Counted from the first letter of the stretch, positions 10,540-21,631 are shown. The stretch: DNA of 64,000 bases from Lachnospiraceae bacterium (GCA_030537215.1 JAUNOF010000003.1:2610-66609), one strand, 5' to 3'. The notes: generated by a model not told the origin, from the sequence alone. Translations and numbers: made by a program.

Positions 10540-11403
10540 ATGGTTAAGGGAGAGCGAGAAAAATTAAGAGAGAAAAAGCGGATCGTGATAAAGATCGGCT
10601 CCTCCTCACTGACACATACAGAAACAGGCGATTTAAATCTTTCAAAAATCGAGAAGCTGATCCGGGTCATCAGTGATCTGAAGGGGGAGGGAAAGCAGGT
10701 GGTGCTGGTTTCCTCCGGTGCGATCGCTGCCGGACGTCAGGCGCTGGGGTACCGCAGAAGGCCGGATTCTCTGGCGCAGAAGCAGGCTTTTGCCGCGGTA
10801 GGACAGGCCCGGCTGATGATGGTATACCAGAGGCTGTTTGCCGAATATAATCAGACAGCAGCCCAGGTGCTGCTGACGAAGCACACCATGATCAATGACA
10901 GCTCCCGCTACAATGCTCAGAATACCTTTGAGGAGCTGTTAAAGCTGGGAGCCATTCCCATTGTAAATGAAAACGATACGGTTTCTACAGCAGAGATCCC
11001 ATACGTGGACACCTTTGGCGATAATGACCGTTTATCGGCGGTGGTGTCTGCTTTGATCGAAGCAGATCTGCTGATCCTGCTTTCTGATATTGACGGCTTG
11101 TATTCGGATGATCCGAAGGCCAATCCAGAGGCCCGGTTTATCAGCGAGGTCTACGAGATCAACGAGGCGCTGATGTCCATGGGAAAATCCACCTCCAGCA
11201 GCGATGTAGGAACCGGCGGCATGTCCGCCAAGCTGGAGGCTGCCAGGATTGCAACCGACAGCGGAACGGACATGGTGATTGCCAATGGTGAGGATGTGTC
11301 CGTGATTCAGGACATTATGGAAGGCCAGGATAAGGGAACTTTGTTTTTAGCACATAACAACCTGAATTTTGATTTGATGAACTATTTAAATTACGAATAT
11401 TAA
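10540..11403 (+). CDS. proB: Glutamate 5-kinase
   Basis: IVIKIGSSSLT, VSSGAIAAG, NENDTV, FGDNDRLS, GTGGMSAK. Confidence 0.95.
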   Translation: MVKGEREKLREKKRIVIKIGSSSLTHTETGDLNLSKIEKLIRVISDLKGEGKQVVLVSSGAIAAGRQALGYRRRPDSLAQKQAFAAVGQARLMMVYQRLFAEYNQTAAQVLLTKHTMINDSSRYNAQNTFEELLKLGAIPIVNENDTVSTAEIPYVDTFGDNDRLSAVVSALIEADLLILLSDIDGLYSDDPKANPEARFISEVYEINEALMSMGKSTSSSDVGTGGMSAKLEAARIATDSGTDMVIANGEDVSVIQDIMEGQDKGTLFLAHNNLNFDLMNYLNYEY

Positions 11404-11481
11404 GGGTTGGTTCAAACGGTATTTTGCTCCGCTTTTATGTGGAAGGGATACGAGTTTGGTTTGGAAAGGACGGGAAACAGG

Positions 11482-11700
11482 ATGACAATGCAGGAAAAAA
11501 TCGACCGAATCAATACATTATATCATAAATCTCAGTCAGTGGGCCTGACTGATGAGGAGAAGGCAGAGCAGCAGCAGCTCCGCCAGGATTATATCAAAGC
11601 GATCCGTGCAAGCCTCCGGGGAAATCTTGACAGTATTTCCATCAAGGAAGCCGATGGAAGCATTACCAATCTTGGTGAAAAGTATGGAAAGAAGCAGTGA
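11482..11700 (+). CDS. DUF896 (YnzC-like) small protein
   Basis: IDRINTLYHKSQSVGLTDEEKAEQQQLRQDYI pattern. Confidence 0.82.
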   Translation: MTMQEKIDRINTLYHKSQSVGLTDEEKAEQQQLRQDYIKAIRASLRGNLDSISIKEADGSITNLGEKYGKKQ

Positions 11701-12304
11701 GGAGAAAGCGCTGCTTCGAAACCGGATCAAGAGCCTTCGGAAGGCAGTCAGCCCGGAGAAAAAGCAGCTTTGGGACAGGCAGCTGAAGGAGCATTTTTTT
11801 CGGCAGCTTTCCTGTGAGCCATTGAAAGACAGCCCGGCCGATTCCATATGGATTTATCTTTATCTGGATATCCGAAATGAAGCAGGAACTCGACCGATTC
11901 TGGAGGAACTTTGGAAGCGGGGAATCCGAACCGCGGTTCCCAAGGTAGAGGGGGACGAGATGAACTTCTATGAAATTACAGGTCTGGAAGAGGTTTCCCC
12001 AGGCTGCAGGGGAATTTTAGAGCCGGTTTCAGGATTAAAGCAGGTGCAGGCAGTCCGGAGCCTGGTAGTGGTTCCGGGAGTTGCCTTTGATTCCTTCGGC
12101 GGCCGCATGGGATACGGCGGCGGCTTTTATGACCGCTTTTTCCAGCGGGAGCCAGATCATCTCAAATGGGGCCTGGCATATGAGTTTCAGATGGTGGAAG
12201 CGGTCCCCCGGGAGCCGTGGGACAGGAAAACCGATCTGGTGATTACCCCAAACGGGATCTGGAGAGATGGGAAAAATGACACAATAACAGGAGGTAGGAT
12301 ATGA
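11684..12304 (+). CDS. 5-formyltetrahydrofolate cyclo-ligase
   Basis: [21 protein letters not shown] motif. Confidence 0.9.
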   Translation: MERSSEEKALLRNRIKSLRKAVSPEKKQLWDRQLKEHFFRQLSCEPLKDSPADSIWIYLYLDIRNEAGTRPILEELWKRGIRTAVPKVEGDEMNFYEITGLEEVSPGCRGILEPVSGLKQVQAVRSLVVVPGVAFDSFGGRMGYGGGFYDRFFQREPDHLKWGLAYEFQMVEAVPREPWDRKTDLVITPNGIWRDGKNDTITGGRI

Positions 12305-13545
12305 CATTGCAGGAAATCGGGCAGCAGGCCCAGGCTGTTTCCAGAAAGCTTGGTATTCTTGGGGTGACAGAGAAAAACCGGGGGCTTTTGGCAGCGGCAA
12401 AAAGCCTGATGGCAGGCCAGGAAGAGATTTTGGCTGCGAATCAGAAGGATATGGAGAAGGCAGCGGCAGCCGGTATGAGCCAGGGACTTTTAGACCGCCT
12501 GAAGCTGACCCAGGCCAGGATTGAGGGAATGGCAGACGGCCTGAGACAGGTGGCAGCGCTGGATGACCCGGTAGGCGAGGTGCTGTCCATGAAGCAGCGC
12601 CCCAACGGACTGATGATCGGTCAGAAGCGAGTGCCCTTAGGCGTGATCGGGATCATATACGAGGCACGCCCCAACGTGACGGCAGATGCCTTCGGCCTTT
12701 GCTTTAAAAGCGGAAACGCTGTGATCCTAAAGGGCGGCAGCGATGCCATCTGTTCCAATCAGGCGATCGTTGCCTGCCTGCAGCGAGGGCTTTTGGAAGC
12801 AGGCCTTCCGGCAGATGCGGTACAATTGATCATGGATACCGACCGTGCCGTTACCCAGGCCTTCATGAAGCTGAACCAATATGTGGATGTGCTGATCCCA
12901 AGAGGCGGAGCCGGACTGATCAGGGCGGTGGTAGAGAACAGCACGATCCCAGTCATTGAAACGGGAACGGGAAACTGCCATATTTTCGTGGATGAATCCG
13001 CTGATTTTAACATGGCCCTTGACATTATTTTTAATGCCAAGACGCAGCGGATCGGCGTCTGCAATGCCTGCGAGTCACTGGTGGTACATAGGAAGATCGC
13101 GGAAAGCTTCCTGCCTTTGCTGAAGGAACGGCTGGATGAAAAGCAGGTGGAGATCCGGGGAGATGAGGAAGCCTGCCGGATCGTACCGGAGTTTGTGAAG
13201 GCAGCAGAGGAGGACTGGGGCAGGGAATATCTGGATTATATGATTTCCTGCAAGCTGGTGGATTCCGTGGAGGAAGCCATTGAACATATTAATCGGTATA
13301 ATACGAAGCATTCCGAGGCGATTATTACCAGAGATTACGGCAATGCACAGAAGTTTTTAAATGAAGTGGATGCCGCTGCCGTCTACGTCAATGCATCCAC
13401 CCGGTTTACAGACGGCTGTGAGTTCGGCTTTGGCGCAGAGATCGGCATCAGCACCCAGAAGCTTCATGCAAGAGGTCCCATGGGGCTGAAGGAATTGACT
13501 ACTACCAAGTATATTATTTACGGCAGCGGGCAGGTGCGGCCGTAA
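12301..13545 (+). CDS. proA: Glutamate-5-semialdehyde dehydrogenase
   Basis: [45 protein letters not shown]. Confidence 0.96.
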   Translation: MTLQEIGQQAQAVSRKLGILGVTEKNRGLLAAAKSLMAGQEEILAANQKDMEKAAAAGMSQGLLDRLKLTQARIEGMADGLRQVAALDDPVGEVLSMKQRPNGLMIGQKRVPLGVIGIIYEARPNVTADAFGLCFKSGNAVILKGGSDAICSNQAIVACLQRGLLEAGLPADAVQLIMDTDRAVTQAFMKLNQYVDVLIPRGGAGLIRAVVENSTIPVIETGTGNCHIFVDESADFNMALDIIFNAKTQRIGVCNACESLVVHRKIAESFLPLLKERLDEKQVEIRGDEEACRIVPEFVKAAEEDWGREYLDYMISCKLVDSVEEAIEHINRYNTKHSEAIITRDYGNAQKFLNEVDAAAVYVNASTRFTDGCEFGFGAEIGISTQKLHARGPMGLKELTTTKYIIYGSGQVRP

Positions 13546-13556
13546 GGCCATAAAAA

Positions 13557-13588
13557 CAAGTCCTGGAGTGAGAGCATTCCAGGACTTG
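13557..13588. terminator. Hairpin between convergent proA and the 13606 gene
   Basis: Stem CAAGTCCTGGA/TCCAGGACTTG with A-run on the left. Confidence 0.7.
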
Positions 13589-13605
13589 CGTGTTAAACAA
13601 ATGAT

Positions 13606-14412
13606 TTAATAAGATCCTTTGCCGAAACAAAGGGTGCAGGATGTGGTCTTATGTCCATGGCAGACACTGCAGACACCGGTCCAGACCATACCATGGCCGC
13701 GTTCCAGGCGGTAGGTTCCGGTTCCGTCACAGGTGGTGCAGACTCGACGGCCGGTACCGCCGCACCGCACACAGGTCTGCTTCGGCGCTTCAATCTCTAT
13801 GTAAGGATAATAGCTTGGAAGATTAGCCTGAGCGCTGCTTGTTGAGGAGGAGGAATCCGAATCATTGAGGGCAGCCTTTAATTTCGCTAACAGCATCTGC
13901 CATTCCTCTTCTGTCATGGTGTCCTCTGTCTGGAAAGACGGATTTTCTCTGGAAGCACAGAAGGTACAATCAGAAGCGTGCTTCCTGATTGAAAAATCAC
14001 AGGAAACTTTGGCAGTGAAGCCGGCTTTTATGTTGTAAGAATCCGGATCAAAATTTTCGATGGTCCTTACTATGGTGTATTCCCAGGTTTCTCCGGGACC
14101 TAACAGAACCTCTTCCAGGGATTTAGAATTCAGGGAGGTAGAAATTGCCGGATTTCCAGCAGAATCGTTGATCGCAATGGATGCGTTGCAGATATCGTAG
14201 ATATCCCGGTCAGCGGATACGTTGACAAAGGAACCGGTCAGCGTGATCTGATCATTCTTCCAGGAAAGATCCTTTGCCTGATAGCGCAGATAATCAGCTG
14301 AATCCATCGAACCGTCAGACCCATGTAAATGGGCGAAAGCGGGCATGGCAGATGAAAGGGTAAGGATCATGCAGACTATCAGATAGTTCAGAAACCGAAA
14401 GCTTTTTCTCAT
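13606..14412 (-). CDS. Predicted secreted protein with C-terminal DnaJ-type CxxCxGxG zinc finger
   Basis: GGAGG RBS; signal peptide ending PAFA; Ser-rich linker; CVRCGGTG, CTTCDGTG, CSVCHGHK, CTLCFGKG. Confidence 0.72.
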   Translation of the reverse strand: MRKSFRFLNYLIVCMILTLSSAMPAFAHLHGSDGSMDSADYLRYQAKDLSWKNDQITLTGSFVNVSADRDIYDICNASIAINDSAGNPAISTSLNSKSLEEVLLGPGETWEYTIVRTIENFDPDSYNIKAGFTAKVSCDFSIRKHASDCTFCASRENPSFQTEDTMTEEEWQMLLAKLKAALNDSDSSSSTSSAQANLPSYYPYIEIEAPKQTCVRCGGTGRRVCTTCDGTGTYRLERGHGMVWTGVCSVCHGHKTTSCTLCFGKGSY

Positions 14413-14587
14413 AATAAATCCTCCATAATTGATCAATCAATCTTGTGTTGTATCCTGCTGCTTTTATTTTAACTGATTTGCTTGAAAAAGGCAAATCAAG
14501 TTTTTTATTCCCAAGCCTTCTTTTTTATGTTATAATAACGCACGAGTGCGAAATTTCAGACACTACGAATCATTAAATTAAAGGAAT

Positions 14588-16105
14588 GTGACCATGAATT
14601 CAAATTATATAGATAATGAACTAAACGTTTACAAAAATGCACCAACTACTGAACCAGAGCGCCAGCACTATTTTATTAAGGAAGCGAGGCAGCTTCTTAA
14701 AGCAAGATTTGAGGAGAAGGCTGCCTCGGGTGAAGCATTAAAGCAGTACGGTCAGGAAATGTTAGATCATTTAATCCGCCATGAGGCTTACGGAACCTTC
14801 TGTATCCAGACCTTCGGGTGTCAAATGAACGCCAAGGACTCTGAGAAGCTGGCCGGTATTCTGGAATCCATTGGATTTATTGAGGTGAATACGGAAACAG
14901 CCGATTTTGTTCTCTATAATACCTGCACGGTCCGGGAAAATGCCAATCTGCGCGTATATGGCCGCCTGGGTCAGCTTGGCGCGTTAAAGAAAAAGCATCC
15001 CCAGATGATGATTGCCCTCTGCGGCTGTATGATGCAGGAAAAGGAAGTGGTGGAGAAGCTGAAAAAAAGCTACCGCTTCGTGGATTTAATCTTCGGGACC
15101 CACAATATCTACCAGCTTGCCGAGCTGATCTACCGCAGATTAAACCAGAAAAAGATGGTAGTAGAGGTGTGGGAGGGCACGGACAAGATCGTGGAGAATC
15201 TCCCTGCCGAGCGCAAGTATGCCTTTAAATCCGGCGTCAATATTATGTTTGGCTGCAACAATTTCTGCAGCTACTGCATCGTCCCATACGTGAGAGGGCG
15301 GGAGCGGAGCCGGAATCCGGAGGAAATCATCAAGGAAGTGGAGCGTCTGGCTGCGGACGGCGTTGTAGAGGTTATGCTTCTTGGTCAGAATGTAAATTCC
15401 TACGGAAAGAATCTGGAGCATCCCATCTCTTTTGCAGAGCTTCTCCGGCGGGTGGAGCAGGTAGAGGGAATCCGCCGGATCCGTTTTATGACTTCCCATC
15501 CAAAGGATTTGTCCGACGAATTGATTGCGGTTATGAAGGAGTCAAAGAAAATCTGTCCCCATCTGCATCTGCCGCTCCAGTCTGGAAGCAGCCGGATTTT
15601 AAAAGTCATGAATCGGAAATACACAAAGGAGCAGTATCTGGATCTGGCATCCAAGATTAAAAAAGAGGTTCCAGGTATTTCGCTGACCACTGATATTATT
15701 GTAGGCTTCCCCGGAGAAACGGAGGAGGATTTCCTGGAAACCATGGATGTGGTGGAGAAGGTTGGCTTTGACAGCGCGTTTACCTTTATTTATTCTAAGA
15801 GAACCGGAACGCCGGCGGCAGCCATGGAGAACCAGGTGCCGGCGGCTGTGGTGAAGGATCGTTTTGACCGGCTGCTGAAGCTGGTGCAGGAAACCGGCTC
15901 CAGGGTATCCGGACGTGAGGTTCATACGGTGCAGGAGGTGCTGGTGGAGGAGATCAACGATCACGACAGCAGCTTGGTGACCGGACGGTTAGGAAATAAT
16001 ACGGTGGTACATTTTCCTGGAGATGCTTCTCTCATCGGAACCATCGTGAAGGTGTCCTTAGATGAATTTAAGGGCTTTTATTACATGGGAACCATGCAGC
16101 CATAA
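14588..16105 (+). CDS. miaB: tRNA-2-methylthio-N6-dimethylallyladenosine synthase
   Basis: TFGCQMN, NTCTVRENA, radical SAM motif CNNFCSYC, C-terminal TRAM domain. Confidence 0.95.
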   Translation: MTMNSNYIDNELNVYKNAPTTEPERQHYFIKEARQLLKARFEEKAASGEALKQYGQEMLDHLIRHEAYGTFCIQTFGCQMNAKDSEKLAGILESIGFIEVNTETADFVLYNTCTVRENANLRVYGRLGQLGALKKKHPQMMIALCGCMMQEKEVVEKLKKSYRFVDLIFGTHNIYQLAELIYRRLNQKKMVVEVWEGTDKIVENLPAERKYAFKSGVNIMFGCNNFCSYCIVPYVRGRERSRNPEEIIKEVERLAADGVVEVMLLGQNVNSYGKNLEHPISFAELLRRVEQVEGIRRIRFMTSHPKDLSDELIAVMKESKKICPHLHLPLQSGSSRILKVMNRKYTKEQYLDLASKIKKEVPGISLTTDIIVGFPGETEEDFLETMDVVEKVGFDSAFTFIYSKRTGTPAAAMENQVPAAVVKDRFDRLLKLVQETGSRVSGREVHTVQEVLVEEINDHDSSLVTGRLGNNTVVHFPGDASLIGTIVKVSLDEFKGFYYMGTMQP

Positions 16106-16151
16106 GCAGGCGGCAGCTTAAAATAAAAAGACAAAAGAAGAGAGGTACTTC

Positions 16152-18812
16152 ATGGCAGGAATGACACCAATGATGACCCAGTATCTGGAAACGAAGAAGC
16201 AGTATCCGGACTGTATTTTATTTTATCGTCTAGGTGACTTTTATGAAATGTTTTTTGATGATGCGCTGAAAGCTTCGAAAGCGCTGGAGATCACATTAAC
16301 TGGAAAAGACTGCGGCTTAGAGGAGAGGGCGCCTATGTGCGGCGTCCCTTTCCATGCTGTGGACTCTTATTTAAATAAGCTGGTACAGAAGGGGTTTAAG
16401 GTAGCGATTGCAGAGCAGATGGAGGATCCGAAGCTGGCCAAGGGACTGGTAAAGCGTGAGGTGATCCGTGTGGTAACGCCAGGCACCATCACCAGCGCTC
16501 AGGCATTGGATGAGACGAAGAATAATTACCTGATGGGTATCGTCTATATTGGAGAAACCTTCGGTATCTCATCTGCCGATATCAGCACCGGAGATTTCTT
16601 TGTGACAGAGGTAAAATCGGAGCGGGATCTGTTTGATGAGATCAATAAGTTTTCGCCCTCTGAGATCATCTGCAATGAGGCGTTTTATGTGTCTGGTGTG
16701 GATGTGGAGGAGCTGAGAGAGCGGTATCATGTATCCATCTCCGCGTTGGATGGCCACTTTTTTGGAGATGAGACCTGCCGGAAGATCCTGAGGGAGCATT
16801 ATCATGTGGGAAGCCTGGACGGGCTGGGGCTGGCGGATTATGATACAGGCATTATTTCCGCCGGCTGTGTGATGCAGTATCTGTATGAGACACAGAAAAG
16901 CACCCTGGATCATCTGACTACCATCACGCCCTATCAGGTGGGGCAGTTTATGGTGATCGATACCTCTACCAGACGGAATCTGGAGCTGGTGGAAACACTG
17001 CGGGAGAAGCAGAAGCGGGGAACGCTGCTTTGGGTGCTGGATAAGACCAAGACGGCTATGGGAGCCAGATTGCTGAGAAGCTATATTGAGCAGCCCTTGA
17101 TCCATAAGGATGAGATTCTGGCCCGCCAGGAGGCGGTTCAGGAATTGAACATGAATTATATTTCCAGAGAAGAGATCTGCGAATACTTAAATCCGGTTTA
17201 TGACCTGGAGCGTTTGATTGGCCGGATCAGCTATAAAACAGCCAATCCCAGGGATCTTCTGGCGTTTAAGAATTCCCTGGCAATGATCCCTTACATTAAG
17301 GATATCTTAAAGGAATTTAACAGTCCTCTTTTAAAAGGTTTTGAGGAGGAGCTGGATCCGCTGGAGGATCTTCGTGATCTGATCGACCGGGCCATTGTGG
17401 AGGAGCCGCCTATTTCCGTCCGTGACGGCGGGATGATCAAGGACGGCTTTCACCAGGAGGCAGATAAGCTGCGCCATGCCAAGACAGAGGGAAAGACCTG
17501 GCTGGCAGAGCTGGAAGCCAGAGAGAAGGAAAAGACTGGGATCAAGAATCTAAAGGTAAAGTTTAATAAGGTGTTCGGGTATTATTTCGAGGTCAGCAAC
17601 TCCTTTAAAAATCAGGTTCCCGACTATTTTGTGCGGAAGCAGACGCTGGTAAATGGAGAACGTTTTACCAGCGATGAGCTGAAAAATCTGGAAGATATTA
17701 TTATGGGCGCAGAGGAAAAGCTGGTTTCTCTGGAATATGACTTATTCTGTCAGGTGCGGGATACCATTGCAGCAGAGGTGCTGCGGATTCAGAAGACGGC
17801 CAAGGCACTGGCCGGCATCGATGTATTTGCATCCTTGTCTGTGGTGGCTACCCGACATAATTACGTGAAGCCTTCCATCAATGAGAAGGGAACGATTACT
17901 ATTAAAAACGGCCGTCATCCGGTGGTAGAGCAGATGATGCGAGATGATCTGTTTGTGGCCAATGATACCTGCCTGGATAACGGCAGAAACCGGATCTCCA
18001 TCATCACCGGCCCTAACATGGCAGGAAAATCCACTTATATGCGGCAGGTGGCGCTGATTGTGCTGATGGCCCAGATCGGAAGCTTTATTCCGGCAGATGA
18101 TGCCAATATCGGCATCTGCGACCGGATCTTCACCCGTGTGGGCGCCTCCGATGACCTGGCAAGCGGCCAGAGCACCTTCATGGTGGAGATGACAGAAGTC
18201 GCCAATATTCTGCGGAATGCTACCAAAAACAGCCTTCTGGTACTAGATGAGATCGGGCGGGGAACCAGCACCTTTGACGGACTTTCTATTGCCTGGGCAG
18301 TGGTGGAGCATATCAGCAATACGAAGCTGTTGGGGGCCAAAACCTTATTTGCCACCCATTACCATGAACTGACCGAGCTGGAAGGCACCATGAGCGGGGT
18401 AAATAACTACTGCATCGCCGTCAAGGAGCAGGGGGATGATATCGTGTTCCTGCGGAAGATCATCAAAGGCGGCGCCGATAAGAGCTACGGCATCCAGGTG
18501 GCAAAGCTGGCCGGCGTGCCGGATTCGGTGATTGCCAGAGCCAAGGAAATTGTGGCGGAGTTAAGCGGAGCCGATATCACCGCCAAGGCCAAGGAAATTG
18601 CAGAAGGAAATGCAACAACAACCCAGAGAAAGGCAGTTGCGAAGCCAGATGAGGTGGACTTGCAGCAGATGTCCCTGTTCGATACCGTGAAGGATGATGA
18701 CATTATCCGGGAACTGGGAGAACTGGAGCTGTCCCGCATGACGCCTATTGATGCCTTGAACACATTATATCGGCTGCAGACGAAGCTGAAGAACCGGTGG
18801 ACCGGGAACTGA
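16152..18812 (+). CDS. mutS: DNA mismatch repair protein MutS
   Basis: TPMMTQY, GDFYEMF, TGPNMAGKSTYMRQ, STFMVEM, DEIGRGTST. Confidence 0.97.
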   Translation: MAGMTPMMTQYLETKKQYPDCILFYRLGDFYEMFFDDALKASKALEITLTGKDCGLEERAPMCGVPFHAVDSYLNKLVQKGFKVAIAEQMEDPKLAKGLVKREVIRVVTPGTITSAQALDETKNNYLMGIVYIGETFGISSADISTGDFFVTEVKSERDLFDEINKFSPSEIICNEAFYVSGVDVEELRERYHVSISALDGHFFGDETCRKILREHYHVGSLDGLGLADYDTGIISAGCVMQYLYETQKSTLDHLTTITPYQVGQFMVIDTSTRRNLELVETLREKQKRGTLLWVLDKTKTAMGARLLRSYIEQPLIHKDEILARQEAVQELNMNYISREEICEYLNPVYDLERLIGRISYKTANPRDLLAFKNSLAMIPYIKDILKEFNSPLLKGFEEELDPLEDLRDLIDRAIVEEPPISVRDGGMIKDGFHQEADKLRHAKTEGKTWLAELEAREKEKTGIKNLKVKFNKVFGYYFEVSNSFKNQVPDYFVRKQTLVNGERFTSDELKNLEDIIMGAEEKLVSLEYDLFCQVRDTIAAEVLRIQKTAKALAGIDVFASLSVVATRHNYVKPSINEKGTITIKNGRHPVVEQMMRDDLFVANDTCLDNGRNRISIITGPNMAGKSTYMRQVALIVLMAQIGSFIPADDANIGICDRIFTRVGASDDLASGQSTFMVEMTEVANILRNATKNSLLVLDEIGRGTSTFDGLSIAWAVVEHISNTKLLGAKTLFATHYHELTELEGTMSGVNNYCIAVKEQGDDIVFLRKIIKGGADKSYGIQVAKLAGVPDSVIARAKEIVAELSGADITAKAKEIAEGNATTTQRKAVAKPDEVDLQQMSLFDTVKDDDIIRELGELELSRMTPIDALNTLYRLQTKLKNRWTGN

Positions 18813-18815
18813 TGC

Positions 18816-18874
18816 TTTATCAATGGCGGAATGTTAACCGCCAAAACTTTTATGAATGGTGGAACGTTAACCGC
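18816..18874 (+). repeat. Short direct repeat between mutS and mutL
   Basis: TTTATCAATGGCGGAATGTTAACCGC (18816-18841) and TTTATGAATGGTGGAACGTTAACCGC (18849-18874), 3 mismatches in 26 nt. Confidence 0.75.
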
Positions 18875-18900
18875 TGGGTAGAAAGAAAGGGGTTCAGATT

Positions 18901-20967
18901 ATGCCGAACATAACCGTACTGGATCAGAGTACGATCAATAAAATCGCTGCCGGCGAGGTGGTGGAACGTCCTGCCTCCGTGGTAAAGGAGCTTCTGGAAA
19001 ACGCGATTGACGCCAAGGCCACTGCAATTACGGTGGAGATCAAGGACGGCGGCATTTCCTTCATCCGTGTAACCGATAACGGCTGCGGGATCCCGAAGGA
19101 GGAAGTGGCGCTTGCCTTTCTGCGCCACGCTACCAGCAAGATCAAGTCGGTAGAAGATCTGTTTACCATCTCATCCTTAGGCTTCCGCGGAGAAGCGCTG
19201 GCCAGCATTGCAGCCGTCTCCCAGGTGGAGCTGATCACAAAAACTTCCGATTCTCTGACTGGAACCCGGTATCAGATCGAAGGCGGACTGGAAAAAAGCA
19301 TAGAGGAGGTTGGGGCGCCGGACGGAACCACCTTTATTGCACGCAATTTATTTTACAATACTCCTGCCCGGAAAAAGTTTTTGAAAACAGCGGCTACAGA
19401 GGCTGGACATGTAGCCGATTTGGTAGAAAAGATCGCAATGTCCCATCCTGATATTTCCATCCGATTCATTCAGAATAACCAGAACAAGCTCCATACCTCC
19501 GGGAACAATAATTTAAAGGACATGATTTATACGGTGTTTGGCCGGGAGATTGCTTCCAATCTGCTTCCCATCGATACCGTTGCCGGAGATGTGGCAGTGA
19601 CCGGCTTCATCGGAAAGCCGGTGATCGCCCGCAATAACCGGAATTTCGAAAATTATTTTATCAATGGACGGTATATCAAAAGCGGCATTATAGCCAGGGC
19701 CATTGAGGAGGCGTACAAGCCGTTTATGATGCAGCATAAGTATCCCTTTGTCATGCTGTATGTTGTCATGGAGCCGGAATCTCTGGATGTAAATGTTCAT
19801 CCGACCAAGATGGAGCTGCGGTTCCGGGACGGTGAACTGGTGTATGGAATGATTCGCGACGCAGTAGCCCAGGCCCTTGCCCACAAGGAACTGATTCCCA
19901 AAGTAGATCTGACAGCAGAGGATCCGGCAGCGAAACGGGAGGCGGAAAAGGAGCGGAATCAGAAGCTGGCCTCCAGCCCGGAGCCGTTTGAGAAAAAGCG
20001 GATGGGGCTGTATGAACAGACGTTAAAGCAGCTTACCTCCATGCCGGAGGACAGCTTTTTAAAGGAAGGCGGATCGAAACGCGACGCTTACGGTGAACGA
20101 CGTTTAACCCCGCTGCGGTCAGAACTGGCGGAAAATCGTCTGTCAGAAACAGCCGGGTCGGAGCCGGGCCTGTCAGAAGGGGAAGCGTCCATCTCTATGA
20201 CAGAGCGGCAGCCGTCCCCAGCCAGACAGCCGTATCCGGCTTCCCCGGATCTGATGGAGAGCCTTCGGAGGGAGCTGACGGAAAATCATGCAGTTTCTAA
20301 CCATCAAAATTCGGATGCTCTGATTCAACAGCCGGAGGAAGGCAGCCAGATGGAGCTGTTTGACGACAAATTTTTAGAGAAAAAGGCCAGGGAACGTCAT
20401 CGTCTCATCGGCCAGCTGTTTGACACCTATTGGCTGGTGGAATATAATCAGCAGCTTTACATCATTGACCAGCATGCCGCCCACGAGAAGGTGCTGTTTG
20501 AAAAAACCATGGCATCGCTGAAGACCAGGGAATTCGGGACGCAGATGGTAAATCCTCCCATCATCCTGACCTTAAGCATGACGGAAGAAGTGCTGATGAA
20601 GAAATACATGAACTATTTCAACGGCATTGGATTTGAGATCGAGCATTTCGGCGGTCGGGAGTATGCTGTCCGGGGAATTCCAGCAAATCTGTTTTCTGTT
20701 GCAAAGAAGGATCTGCTGCTGGAGATGCTGGATGGCTTATCGGAAGATACGCAGGCGGGGAATTCTGATCTTATTTACGAGAAGGTTGCATCCATGTCCT
20801 GCAAAGCAGCGGTAAAGGGAAACCACGCCATGTCAGCGGCAGAGGCAGATGCTCTCATCGACCAGCTTCTGGATATGGAAAATCCATACGCCTGCCCTCA
20901 TGGACGGCCTACGATTGTATCCATGAGCAAGTATGAGTTAGAGAAGAAATTTAAGAGGATTGTGTAA
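18901..20967 (+). CDS. mutL: DNA mismatch repair endonuclease MutL
   Basis: IAAGEVVERP, GFRGEALASI, DQHAAHE, CPHGRP. Confidence 0.97.
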   Translation: MPNITVLDQSTINKIAAGEVVERPASVVKELLENAIDAKATAITVEIKDGGISFIRVTDNGCGIPKEEVALAFLRHATSKIKSVEDLFTISSLGFRGEALASIAAVSQVELITKTSDSLTGTRYQIEGGLEKSIEEVGAPDGTTFIARNLFYNTPARKKFLKTAATEAGHVADLVEKIAMSHPDISIRFIQNNQNKLHTSGNNNLKDMIYTVFGREIASNLLPIDTVAGDVAVTGFIGKPVIARNNRNFENYFINGRYIKSGIIARAIEEAYKPFMMQHKYPFVMLYVVMEPESLDVNVHPTKMELRFRDGELVYGMIRDAVAQALAHKELIPKVDLTAEDPAAKREAEKERNQKLASSPEPFEKKRMGLYEQTLKQLTSMPEDSFLKEGGSKRDAYGERRLTPLRSELAENRLSETAGSEPGLSEGEASISMTERQPSPARQPYPASPDLMESLRRELTENHAVSNHQNSDALIQQPEEGSQMELFDDKFLEKKARERHRLIGQLFDTYWLVEYNQQLYIIDQHAAHEKVLFEKTMASLKTREFGTQMVNPPIILTLSMTEEVLMKKYMNYFNGIGFEIEHFGGREYAVRGIPANLFSVAKKDLLLEMLDGLSEDTQAGNSDLIYEKVASMSCKAAVKGNHAMSAAEADALIDQLLDMENPYACPHGRPTIVSMSKYELEKKFKRIV

Positions 20968-21002
20968 CGATATCATAGTTTTCTGACTTTCTGAAACAGA
21001 AT

Positions 21003-21048
21003 CGGCTGCTGCACAGTGATAAAAATCAGATGTGCGGCAGCCGTTTTT
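21003..21048 (+). terminator. Intrinsic terminator after mutL
   Basis: Stem CGGCTGCTGCACA/TGTGCGGCAGCCG followed by T5. Confidence 0.78.
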
Positions 21049-21074
21049 CATCCAGCATGATTATTTCTTTATTG

Positions 21075-21103
21075 TTGACATATGTTACAGGCGTGTTTAT
21101 AAT
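21075..21103 (+). promoter_or_regulatory. Consensus SigA promoter for the GNAT genes
   Basis: TTGACA (21075-21080), 17 nt, TATAAT (21098-21103). Confidence 0.8.
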
Positions 21104-21163
21104 GTTAAAAACCCAAATCTCTAAAACATTCATATCAGCTTACATGACAGGGGGAAGTGCAGG

Positions 21164-21622
21164 ATGACAGCAGAACATACTTTTACAATCAGAACCATGA
21201 CAATGGAAGACTACGATGCAGTTTATCAGCTCTGGATCAGCACGCCGGGAATGGGATTAAATGATCTGGATGATTCCAGGGAAGGAATTGAGCGTTTTCT
21301 GAAGAGAAATCCGGATACCTGCTTCGTTGCAGTGAAAAAAGACCATATCATAGGCGCCATCATGAGCGGCCATGATGGGCGGAGAGGATATATCTACCAC
21401 ACAGCCGTACAGGAATCCCAGCAGCGGCAGGGATTCGGAGGAAGATTGTTAGATGCGGTGTTTCAGGCGATGGAACGGGAAGGCATCAACAAGCTGGGGC
21501 TTGTGGTATTTGCACGAAACGAAAAAGGAAATCAGTTCTGGGAGAAATGCGGGTTCGCTGCCAGAGGGGATCTGATCTATCGGAACAAAGGAATTCGGGA
21601 ACTGAAGCGGATGGATACATAA
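21164..21622 (+). CDS. GNAT family N-acetyltransferase (YpeA-like)
   Basis: GHDGRRGYIYHTAV, QRQGFG acetyl-CoA motif, FWEKCGF. Confidence 0.88.
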   Translation: MTAEHTFTIRTMTMEDYDAVYQLWISTPGMGLNDLDDSREGIERFLKRNPDTCFVAVKKDHIIGAIMSGHDGRRGYIYHTAVQESQQRQGFGGRLLDAVFQAMEREGINKLGLVVFARNEKGNQFWEKCGFAARGDLIYRNKGIRELKRMDT

Positions 21623-21631
21623 CATAATGTT

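Noticed and set aside
19900-20350. Low-complexity stretch in MutL suggesting an insertion
   Set aside because: Corresponds to the normally variable linker between ATPase and endonuclease domains; frame intact
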